A stretch of DNA of 64,000 nt from Paraspadella gotoi (Eukaryota > Animalia > Chaetognatha), in contig CM119269.1 in the NCBI GenBank assembly GCA_051294375.1, positions 23,169,497 to 23,233,496 of the forward strand. The letters run 5' to 3'. The notes under the pieces were generated by a model, which was given only the letters and a program-made list of their open reading frames with translations, was not told the origin of the DNA and did not search any database. Below, piece by piece: positions 14,539 to 25,274 of this stretch (position 1 is its first letter; every line of letters starts with the position of its first letter). Position numbers and translations under genes: made by a program.

Positions 14539-15056
14539 AAAGAAAACAGAGGAACGAGAAAAAACGTGTTTTCTGACAGAGATGCGCAGAAAACAAGGGA
14601 TGGATAATTTTTGTTGCATCAATTTTATACCAGAAATGTTTAATTAGACAATAACTCAGAGAAATCACAAAACGTAGAAATGATTATGGGATAACTATTT
14701 TAGAAAACGTCGTCGTCGTCGTCGTNNNNNNNNNNNNNNNNNNNNNNNNNNNNNNNNNNNNNNNNNNNNNNNNNNNNNNNNNNNNNNNNNNNNNNNNNNN
14801 NNNNNNNNNNNNNNNNNNNNNNNNNNNNNNNNNNNNNNNNNNNNNNNNNNNNNNNNNNNNNNNNNNNNNNNNNNNNNNNNNNNNNNNNNNNNNNNNNNNN
14901 NNNNNNNNNNNNNNNNNNNNNNNNNNNNNNNNNNNNNNNNNNNNNNNNNNNNNNGTCGTCGCCGTCGTCATCGTCGTCGTCGTCATGTAAAAAGGGCGTT
15001 ACGGTTTTTTGATTCTTTTTAATTTCGAGACGAAGAGAGTGGACGACGAGAGAGAC

Positions 15057-15109
<53 letters not shown>

Positions 15110-15183
15110 AAGAGAGAGAGAGAGAAAGAGAGAGAGACAGAGACAGAGAGAGACAGAGACAGAGAGAGAGAGAGAGTACTTAC

Positions 15184-15251
15184 GCAAGATTATTGACGAT
15201 CGTCCCGTTGTAAAGACTTTTGAATTTCCCGTTTCTGTAGATGACATTCAT
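15184..15251 (-). CDS. SEA gene exon: middle of SEA domain
   Basis: tttttttctcttgacAG acceptor, GC|GTAAGT donor, 68 nt, phase 0 to 2: MNVIYRNGKFKSLYNGTIVNNLA, joining to AGSVVVDF. Confidence 0.85.
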
Positions 15252-15710
15252 CTGTCAAGAGAAAAAAAGGTTTAACAGATGATAATAGATAGAGATGAAT
15301 TGTAATCTATAAGAACCAGATGTAAATAAGATAGTTTTGTAAAAACCATTTATAACTTAAAATCGATAAATAAGCGTTATAAGTTGATTTAGGCAATGAT
15401 ACTTAAATCTAGTTTGCATTTTATAGCATATAAAATATATTCGGTGTCAACATTCTGGCATTGTTTTAGCGTGTTAATTTATTAATTTAGCGAGCAATAT
15501 AGGATAGTAATATTATTTTATACAGCTTGGATTCTAACAACTATCATGTAAGGAAATTTTTTTATTAAACACCTCATGTTTAAAAAACCAGGTCCTTTCA
15601 GGAATATTTTATTTCTAAATTTAGACTTTCGTATCTTACGGAAATACTGACCTCGCCAAGCTAGCAAACCCTTTTTTACAAGCAAGCTTACCTTTTCTAA
15701 AAAAGCTTAC

Positions 15711-15814
15711 CTCTTCAATAAATATCGATGTGAAGTTAATAAATTCTGTTGATTGTCGCTCGTTGAGTTGTGGAACGAATAATTGATTCAGTGAAAGATT
15801 TCCTTGGAAGATTA
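15711..15814 (-). CDS. SEA gene exon: N-terminal part of SEA domain
   Basis: ttccttttcCAG acceptor, GAG|GTAAGC donor, phase 1 to 0: VIFQGNLSLNQLFVPQLNERQSTEFINFTSIFIEE, fits the SEA FxG...L...S.EF pattern. Confidence 0.85.
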
Positions 15815-15832
15815 CTGGAAAAGGAAAGAGAG

Positions 15833-16085
15833 AAAATACTGTAAAAGATGGAGGAAAAAATACATGAAAACTAGGGGAAAATACTGTAAAAGATGGAGGG
15901 AAATACATGAAAACGGAGGGAAAAATACTGTAAAAGATAGAGGGAAATACATGAAAACGGAGGGGAAAATATTGTAAAAGATGGAGGCAAATACATGAAA
16001 ACGAGGGGAAAATACTGTAAATGATAGAGGGAAATACATGAAAACCGAGGGGAAAATACAGTAAAAGATAGGGGAAATACTGTAT
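15833..16085. repeat. ~44-bp intronic minisatellite, ~6 copies
   Basis: aaaatactgtaaaagatggagggaaatacatgaaaacggaggg repeated. Confidence 0.9.
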
Positions 16086-16155
16086 ATTAAAACGGACTGA
16101 CAGACACAAGGACTGACAGACAGACCGACCGTTTGATTGATTGATCGATACTCAC

Positions 16156-16200
16156 CATCATTAATGTCGATTGGTGATTGAGTCATGTCGGCGAATTTGA
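16156..16200 (-). CDS. SEA gene exon: juxtamembrane stalk (45 nt)
   Basis: atttCAG acceptor, G|GTGAGT donor, phase 1 to 1: VKFADMTQSPIDIND. Confidence 0.8.
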
Positions 16201-16506
16201 CTGAAATTAATCATTTTAAAAATTATTAACGATTAATTTANNNNNNNNNNNNNNNNNNNNNNNNNNNNNNNNNNNNNNNNNNNNNNNNNNNNNNNNNNNN
16301 NNNNNNNNNNNNNNNNNNNNNNNNNNNNNNNNNNNNNNNNNNNNNNNNNNNNNNNNNNNNNNNNNNNNNNNNNNNNNNNNNNNNNNNNNNNNNNNNNNNN
16401 NNNNNNNNNNNNNNNNNNNNNNNNNNNNNNNNNNNNNNNNNNNNNNNNNNNNNNNNNNNNNNNNNNNNNNNNNNNNNNNNNNNNNNNNNNNNNNNNNNNN
16501 NNNNNN

Positions 16507-17521
16507 CCGCTACATAAATCCCGGCCGACAAACCGCCCAGCAACGCCAATCCGAGAACGAGGAATATTCCTTGGATAATAATTTGACGACGATGACGACG
16601 AAGTAGCGACGACGACGACGACGAAAACGACGACGACTTCTTCTTCTTCTCCATCGTCGACGTCATCCCTAACACGCCCTTTCTCGGCAGCCCGTCCGGC
16701 TCAGCGCCGAGAACCCCTTTCCTAGACAGCCCCGTGCCATCTTCACCCCGAGGGGGCGTGTCCCCTCCAACAGAACTGCCCGGCGAAATGTTCCAACTTT
16801 CCCCCGAGGTGGCGCAGCAATCGTCACAGACGCAAGGTGCCGAGACGGCCGCTCGAGGCCGTTTGGGGCGCGGCCGGGCCGGCGCTAAAGTAGCGGCGCG
16901 TGGGAGTAAAGCCGCGCCGGAAGTTGGCGAGGCTGTTGGCGCCGATGACGCCGCTCCCCACACGTCGCCGTTGAGACTGACCAATTCGAAGGCGCTCACG
17001 TGATCTGGCGTCGAATCTATACGAGAAAAAAGACGCCGGGTTGCTGTGGAAACGCGATGTGGCGCCGTGGAACGAGTTAGCGACGCCAGAGGGCCGGCGC
17101 GACGGTGCGAAGAGGAAGAGGGACTTTCGGCGTAAGCTGGATTGGCGAATCCGAGGCGGGAGGCTGCAAAATCGCCTGCAGCAGACGTGGAAAGTCCTAC
17201 ATCTCCAGCGCCTGCAGTTTTGGCTGCGGAAAGTCCTGCATCCGCAGCGAATGTTGCAGCGACCGCGGGATGAAGGGACGGAACTCTCGACGGCGTCTTT
17301 TTCTTGGAACCTGCGTCGTCGTCGTCGTCTTTTTTGACGCCGGCCCGCGGCGTCTTTTTCGTCGTCCTCGTGGTTCCGATCGTCGTTGTGGTCGTCGTCT
17401 CGTCCTCTTCGTCGTCGGTGGAGAAAGAGGACGAGGGGCGACGGATTCGAGTCTCACGTCGACGACGCCGAGTTCGCGGCGTCGTTCGACGGCGCCATCT
17501 TTTGACATCCTCGACGCCGGC
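16507..17521 (-). CDS. SEA gene large exon: disordered cytoplasmic tail plus signal-anchor TM helix; donor lost in N-gap
   Basis: Frame is stop-free for 338 codons from (CT)n-AAG acceptor at 17522. Contains FANPAY and ends RRHRRQ-IIIQGIFLVLGLALLGGLSAGIYVA (basic residues then hydrophobic run = type II topology). Confidence 0.85.
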
Positions 17522-17733
17522 CTTATGAGAGGGAGAAGAGAGAGAGAGAGGGAATGTGGGGTGTGAGGTCAGAATGAGGTCAGGTTGGGTCTGGTTGTTA
17601 GGATAGATTGGGGTCAGAATGTGTCTCGTTGGGTCAAATTGAGTCGGTTAGGGTTTTTTTTTCGGACAGATTGGGGTCACGTTAAGTCTTGTGACTTGTT
17701 AAGATAGATAAAATAAGGCCGACGAATCGTCAC

Positions 17734-17791
17734 CTGAAAAACCTCGAAAGGATCGCGAATTTGCTGGAGCTGCTGGAGCTGGAGACGTCGT

Positions 17792-17825
<34 letters not shown>

Positions 17826-17868
17826 TGGATGGATGAGAATCTGGGCCTGCGATCTTATAGGAACCCAC
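17734..17868 (-). CDS. SEA gene probable exon 2 (5' boundary uncertain)
   Basis: CAG|GTGACG phase-0 donor matches acceptor at 17521; VGSYKIAGPDSHPSNDNDDDDDDDERRRLQ...FEVFQ; follows long CT tract. Confidence 0.6.
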
Positions 17869-17967
17869 CTTCGGTGCGTCGCCGGGCTCGTGGAGAGTGG
17901 AGCGGGGGGGGAGAGAGAGAGAGAGGTGAGTGAGGGAGAGTGTATGAGAGAGAGGAGAGGCAGAGAG

Positions 17968-17999
<32 letters not shown>

Positions 18000-18164
18000 A
18001 GGAAACAAGAAGAAGAAAAAGTTTAACTGAAAAATTTAAAACTCATTGGACCTAATTTTTTGGTGGCAAAAACAACAGATCAAACAACTAACCTGACTCT
18101 TAGGGTCGCGATAGAAAGAGGGAGAGACGGACAGATCGACCAACAGACGGACTGACCGACTAAC

Positions 18165-18218
18165 CTGACTCTTAGGGTCGCGATAGAAAGATGGAGAGAC
18201 GGATTTCCTTTTCCCCAT
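18165..18218 (-). CDS. SEA gene probable first coding exon MGKRKSVSPSFYRDPKSQ
   Basis: First in-frame ATG after an upstream stop; CAG|GTTAGT phase-0 donor. Confidence 0.5.
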
Positions 18219-19232
18219 TAGTGAATAAGAGACGCTGAGCCAAACTCCTCTTCCTCGCTCATTCTTAGGAGGAGGACGGGACGTTGCTGTAGTCGTTGAT
18301 GTTGTTGCTGTAGTTGTTGTGGTTGTAGCCGTTTCTGTTATTATTGCTGCTGTTGCGATAGCTGTAGTTGTTTTTTATGTTGCTGTTCGTTTGATGCTGT
18401 TTCGGTTGCTGTTGGAGTTAATGCTGTTAATACAATTCTATTTTAAACGCAAGAAATATTAAATTAAATAAAAATGTTTTTCTTTTTTTTTACCTTAAAA
18501 CTTTTTTTAAATTTTCTTTTCTTCCAATCGTGTGTTTTCCAAGCGGCCAGAAAGATTTTCCGGTCCTTATCTAATAAAGATATATTCAGATCTTTTCCGG
18601 TTCGTCTTACGAGGATTTTCCGGTCATATTTTCTCTCAAAGAAGTGCCGAGATATATTTTAATATATTTTTAGAGAGAGAGAGTGAGACAGTGAGACAGA
18701 GAGAGAGAGAAAGAATTTCTCGGAAATGCTTTGATTCCTTCCATCTATAAATAGCTCCTTTGTTTCGTGGGGCGTTTTCTTTTTTTTAGTTTTTCCTTCG
18801 TCTTTTGTTTTTTGTTTTTATCTTTTTGACTTTTTTTTTCTCTGGGGACCCAAAGGCGTCGCTTCGGAGGGAAAAGGCGGAATATCCTTTTTCTTTTTTG
18901 GGCGGATGAGAGGGAGAGAGAGAGGGAGAGAGTGACGGAGAGAGAGAAAGAGATATATATTTCTGTGGGGGGGAATAAACAATGAGAAATTGAATCTTTA
19001 GTTATACAGTAATAACTAATAATCAGTCTGGAAATTATTTTTAGTCATTAAGGAAGAAACTTAACTGGTGGACTTTAGGCAAATGTTAGTCTTAGTTAAT
19101 ATTACGTTATTATTATGTTATTATTTAATATTAGTACATTTATTGTAACACGTTTATCATTCTTTGACTCATGCATTCAGATTCAGATGAACTCATATTA
19201 CATTTTGAATTCATTACAATCTTAACTATAAT

Positions 19233-19578
19233 TGTCGACCAAAAATTTTTGAACAAAATAGTCGATTAAAATAGTTTACCTAAATAGTCGCCCAAACCAG
19301 TTGATTAAAATAGTCGACTAAAATTTATTGCCCAAAAAGGTCGACCCAAAAAGTTGATTAAAATGGTCAACAAAAACTAGTCGAACAAAGAAGTCGACCA
19401 AAATGGTCAATTAAAATAGTATAAAAAAAAATAGTCAATCAAAGTTTAATAACCAAAATGGTTGACCAAATTAGAAAATCAAAATAGTCAATTAAAATAG
19501 TTGACCAAAACTCGTCGAACCAAAATGGTTGATTCAAATAGTCGACCACAATGGTCGACTAAAACTCATCGACCAAAA
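19233..19578. repeat. Degenerate 13-bp minisatellite
   Basis: Unit aaaatagtcgacc, >20 diverged copies. Confidence 0.85.
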
Positions 19579-19660
19579 ATTCTCGTAAAATTGAATTGAA
19601 GAAAAAAGTTTATAAACGTGAAAAGATTCCCGCCCTTTTAGTTTTTTTTCATCTTTTGAA

Positions 19661-19708
<48 letters not shown>

Positions 19709-20105
19709 GCGTCGAAATTCCCTGATAGCGAGGCGGAGTTTTTGACGTCAAAAATTTCAAAAGTTTATTTTTCTTTTGCACAAATAAAAGTTAAAAAACC
19801 AAATGTTGTTGTTGTTGTTTTTTTTTGTTTTATTTGCATGAGAATTTTCTTTTTCGCTATTTTAATTTCTCTCTTTCTCTTTCTCTCTCTTTTTTTCAAT
19901 GTTTTTCTCTCTCCCTTCCACCCTCTCTCTCTCTCTCTCTCTCCCCCTCTCTCTCTCTCCCCCCAGATAGTCGATTCGAACTTATTTGTTTTATCAGAAA
20001 GATTCTTCGTCGGCCGTTGCAGGTTCTAGAGTTTTTTGGGCGTTTCCTTCTGGATGCTAAACGTGATTAGTGAAGAAAGAGAGAGAGAGAGAGAGAGCGA
20101 GAGAG

Positions 20106-20137
<32 letters not shown>

Positions 20138-20448
20138 CTAGAGAGAAAAATACCATCTAGTTATTAAAATCCATGACGTCAAAACTCTAAGTTCATGGAA
20201 TAACTTTTTTAATGATAAAATAATACTTTAAATCTTTAAATCATTTCATGTAACTTTAATAAACAAACAAAGGTATAATGATCTTAAGTAAGTTAAAGAT
20301 CTATTTGTACCAAAAGAAGTGTATAAACACGATTAAGTCTCAATTAATTAAAAAATTAAATAATTAAAAAAGCCAAACTGAAGGTCATTGTCCTCTTTTG
20401 TACTCCCACTCTTTTTAATGTCTTCATTCTCTCTATCGATATCTCATC

Positions 20449-20812
20449 TTTTTAGTTGCGCCGCGAAAACTCGCGGAGAAACTCTATAAGTCACTTTTCG
20501 GTCGGTCTGTCGGTCGGTCTGTCGGTCCGTCGGTATCTCTGTCTGGTCTGTTCCACTTACGTTAAAAAGGCATATAACTTCCCTATAGTTGTTCGCTCTT
20601 TTGTTAAGACGGAAAAAAACCAGAAATCTAAGTGACTGCTAGTAAGGAATAAAAGACGCAATTCTGATGCAGTGCGTGTCATAAATACACAGCCTAAGAA
20701 AGTTATTGTAGTTATGTAGTCAAGTCAAGTCGCGTCATGTCATGTCACGTCATGAGATACACGTGTTAAGGAAGTTACTGCGGCGCAACACATTTGAATT
20801 ACGGTTCTTGTT
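20449..20812. mobile_element. Non-autonomous Helentron/DINE-1-like (HINE) element; noisy duplicate at 21895-22259
   Basis: T-rich insertion site, subterminal IR gttgcgccgc (20456)/gcggcgcaac (20780), hairpin ccgcga-aaac-tcgcgg, (GTCG/GTCT)n microsatellite, ttcttgtt end; several copies in window. Confidence 0.7.
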
Positions 20813-20970
20813 CTTCATCTTCATCTTTCATTTTCTCTCCCAATTTCTCATTCCATCCAAACTCCCTCTAGCAGCCATGGAACGGGTCCTGGGCTTGAAA
20901 CCGGGCTTGAGGGTTCTCCAGACCCCCAAGGTGGTTTACGGCCGTCCACACGTTTCCCGGTAGCATTAAT

Positions 20971-21670
20971 GATCGATCTCGGTACAATTGGGGATCGATC
21001 TCGGTACAATTGGGGATCGATCTCGGTACAATTGGGGATCGATCTCGGTACAATTGAGGATCGGTCTCGGTACAATTGGGGATCAATCTCGGTACAATTG
21101 GGGATTGATCTCGGTACCATTAGGGATTGATTGTGGTACAATTGGGGATCGATCTTGGTATCATTAGNNNNNNNNNNNNNNNNNNNNNNNNNNNNNNNNN
21201 NNNNNNNNNNNNNNNNNNNNNNNNNNNNNNNNNNNNNNNNNNNNNNNNNNNNNNNNNNNNNNNNNNNNNNNNNNNNNNNNNNNNNNNNNNNNNNNNNNNN
21301 NNNNNNNNNNNNNNNNNNNNNNNNNNNNNNNNNNNNNNNNNNNNNNNNNNNNNNNNNNNNNNNNNNNNNNNNNNNNNNNNNNNNNNNNNNNNNNNNNNNN
21401 NNNNNNNNNNNNNNNNNNNNNNNNNNNNNNNNNNNNNNNNNNNNNNNNNNNNNNNNNNNNNNNNNNNNNNNNNNNNNNNNNNNNNNNNNNNNNNNNNNNN
21501 NNNNNNNNNNNNCAATTGAGGATCGATCTCGGTACAATTGGGGATTGATCTCGGTACCATTGGGGATTGATATCGGTACAATTGGGGATCAATCCCGTTA
21601 CAATTGGGGATCGATCTCGGTACAATTGGGGATCGATCTCGGTACCATTGGGGATCGATCTCGATCTCGA
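20971..21670. repeat. 22-bp minisatellite GATCGATCTCGGTACAATTGGG spanning an N-gap; noisy duplicate 22425-23100
   Basis: Direct head-to-tail repeats. Confidence 0.95.
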
Positions 21671-23312
21671 ACTGCCACTCGCGCGTCTGCCCACTCACCC
21701 ACTCACCCACTCACCACTCAACCACTCACCCACTCACCACTGACCATCAAGTATCGCTGATCCTGGTTTTTTCATAACACGATTAAGTCTCAATTAATTA
21801 ATAAAATTAAATATTAAAAGCCAAACTGAAGTCATTGTCCTCCTTTGTACTCCCACTCTTTTTAATGTCTCATTCTCTCTATCGATATTCATCTTTTTAG
21901 TTGCGCCGCGAAAACTCGCGGAGAAACTCTATAAGTCACTTTTCGGTCGGTCTGTCGGTCGGTCTGTCGGTCGTCGGTATCTCTGTCTGGTCTGTTCCAC
22001 TTACGTTAAAAAGGCATATAACTCCCTATAGTTGTTCGCTCTTTTGTTAAGACCGGAAAAAAACCAGAAATCCTAAGTACTGCTAGTAAGGAATAAAAGA
22101 CGCAATTCTGATGCAGTGCGTGTCATAGAATACACAGCCTAAGAAAGTTATTGTAGTTATGTAGTCAAGCAAGTCGCGTCATGTCATGTCACGTCATGAG
22201 ATACACGTGTTAAGGAAGTTACTGCGGCGCAACAATTTTGAATTACGGTTTTCTTGTTCTCATCTTCATCTTTCATTTTCTCTCCCAATTTCTCATTCCA
22301 TCCAAACTCCTTCTAGCAGCCATGGAACGGGTCCTGGGCTTGGAACCGGGCCTTGAGGGTTCTCCAGACCCCCAAGGTGGTTTACGGCCGTCCACACGTT
22401 TCCGGTAGCATTAGCATTAATGCGATTCGGTACAATTTGGGGATCCGATCTCGGTACAATTGGGGATCGATCTCGGTACAATTGGGGATCGATCTCGGTA
22501 CAATTGGGGATCGATCTCGGTACAAGGGAATCGATCTCGGTACTATTAGGGATCGATCACGGTACAGAGAGGATCGGTCTCGGTACAATTGGGGATCAAT
22601 CTCGGTACAATTGGGGGATTGATCTCGGTACCATTAGTTTGATTGTGGTACAATTGGGGATCGATCTTGGTATCATAGGAATAGTTCGTGGTACAATTGG
22701 GGATCGATCTTGGTAAATTGGGGATCAATCTCAGTACAATTGGGGATTGCTCTTGGCACAATTGGGATCGATCTGATACCATTAGGGATCGATCATGGTT
22801 ACAATTGGGGATCCGATCTCGGTACAATTGAGGATCGATCTCAGGTAACAATTGGGATTTGATCTTCAGTTACAATAGGGATTTGATCTTCCAGTACAAT
22901 TGTTGGGACGATCTTTGGTACAATTGGGGATCCGATCTCCGGTACAATTTGAGGATCGATCTCGGTAACAATTGGGGATGATCTTCGTACCATTGGGGAT
23001 TGATTCGGTCACATTGGGGATCAATCCCGTTACAATTGGGGATCGATCTCGGTACAATGGGGATCGATCTCGGTTACCATTGGGGATCGATCTCGATCTC
23101 GAACTGCCACATCCGCGCGTCTGCCCACTCACCCATCACCCACTCAGCACTCAACCACTCACCACTCACCACTGACCATCAAGTATCGGCTGTCCTGGTT
23201 TTTTTGAAAAAAACGCGCGAAAGAGAGAGAGAGAGAGAGGGAGGGATATAGGGAGGGAGGGGGAGAGAGAGAGAAAGAGAGAGAGAGNNNNNNNNNNNNN
23301 NNNNNNNNNNNN

Positions 23313-23347
<35 letters not shown>

Positions 23348-23925
23348 AAATTTTGATTCGGCATTGTATATTTTTATCATCGTTATTAATATTTAGTTAA
23401 TTTTCTTCAATTTAGTCAGAGTCAGGGGCAAGATAGCTTATTTATTAAATGAATAGATAATTTTTATATTGGTTGTACCAATTTCATGAAATGATTTTTC
23501 CGTCACCAGTAACTAAGAGCCTCGCCCACAACAACAAAAACTGACAAGAAAACAAAAGACAAAGGCCAAAGGCGACATCTGGTTAAACAAAAGACTAAAG
23601 ACTAAACTTTGAACCCCTTACTATCTCGCTTGTCTGTCGTTCTATTAATTAAAACTTAAGTTTATTTGAAAGCCAAAACAAATATTTTTTATTCGAGCTC
23701 ATGATGAGATTTTTAGGCTAAATATTATAGAAGCTGTGATAAAATCAAAAAAAGAATCTAAATTTTTTCTTACAATTTCCTTTTTATTTCTAAAAAAAAA
23801 AATTTATCTATCTTTATGTTTTATTTTTTTATGGAAACTTCAAAACAGCTAATCAACAAAGAAAAAAGCTGTAATTGTTGACCCTTGGAAGGCGCCAAAT
23901 AATTTCATTTCTCTTTCTCTTTGAA

Positions 23926-24395
23926 GCAACTGGAGACCTTGGACGAGCTTTTGGAAGCAGGCGGCCTTGCATGTCAACGGAGAGCAAGGACGATGACCTG
24001 GAAAGTCTCGCAATTCAAGACCGTAAGACTTCTGCAAGCCAGTTGAGAAAACAATAGAGAGAAGAAGAACTGTAGCCAGTCATTCAACAATGAATAGGCG
24101 GCTTTTCATGTAGGATTGAGCTCCTGGATACAAAGCCAAAGCCAAAGCCAAAGCCAAAGCCACACAAAAATGTCATGAGGAAAACGGGATCAAGGTGCTT
24201 GAAGGTTGGTCCTGTAACGCACCTGACAGCAACATCATCGAAAATATCTGGTCTAGGATGAAAAGGAACATTTTGCAATACAACGCCATGACAGTCAATG
24301 AAATCAATAAAATTATAAAACGTATTTAAGGGGAACTGAACCCTTCATATTTGCGCAGCCTCTACGCCTCTCTCCCTAGTTGCATGGAAGCTGGA
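23926..24395 (+). mobile_element. Degenerate, internally deleted Tc1/mariner transposase
   Basis: N-terminal TGDLGRAFGSRRP...DRKTSASQLRKQ and STMNRRLFHVGL (GRP/HTH-like), then ENGIKVLEGWSCNAPDSNIIENIWSRMKR...I*GELNPSYLRSLYASLP (WPxxSPDLNPIENxW motif); in-frame stop 24327. Confidence 0.85.
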
Positions 24396-25208
24396 AGCAA
24401 ATGCTGCTCACCGAGTTCTAAAAAGTAATATTTTCCTTCAAATAACTTTTTTTTCACCAGATCTGTATTCTTAGAGTTTCGGATATTAGCACTCGGTTAA
24501 ACATAGGTTAAAACCGGCGAATCTGGGACCTTGCAGTCGGGAGGCTAAATGACCTGCCATTGGTTCATATAGTCACAATTGAGTCGTTTAATATATAGAC
24601 TATGAGAGAGTCTTGATTGAAAGCTTGAAGGGACCTGCTATGTCATAATCTTGTAAGAGTGATGGATGCTTTAAACCATCAAAGCCTGTCCAAAGTCAGG
24701 GGCAAGATAGCTTACTTATTTAATGTACGGATAATTTCATAATAGTTGTACCAATTTCATACAACTTTGCCTTTTATATATAATTTTAGTATAAAGATAT
24801 TTATTAAAAAAAAATAAACTGTTGTGTTTGTATTAATATCGAATTTGTTTTCTAATTTTTTTTCTAATTTTTTTTTCATTAGATTCAGACGAAAATGAAC
24901 AGAAAGATTCACTGAATGCAAGTCGTCTTCATGGATGAATCTAAAAATTCAGCTTTCGTGTTTTATGGAAGAAAAGAAAAAATGTTGTAAATTTCATGTT
25001 GTTTACTTTACTCGTCTATTAACTGTTTACTTATTGTTGTACAATTCTAAACCATTCCGATTTTGACATGACCCGAATGAGTGAATTTTAGTATAATAGT
25101 TATATAATCAACCGTTTTATTATAACCAGGCTAAAGTCTGGGGCAAGATAGCTTGGTTATTTAATGAATGAATAATTTTTATATTGGTTTCAGCCGATTT
25201 TTTAATGA

Positions 25209-25274
<66 letters not shown>

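Noticed and set aside
20971-23100. CRISPR-like look of palindromic repeats (also 54105-54437)
   Set aside because: No unique spacers, no cas genes, eukaryotic context
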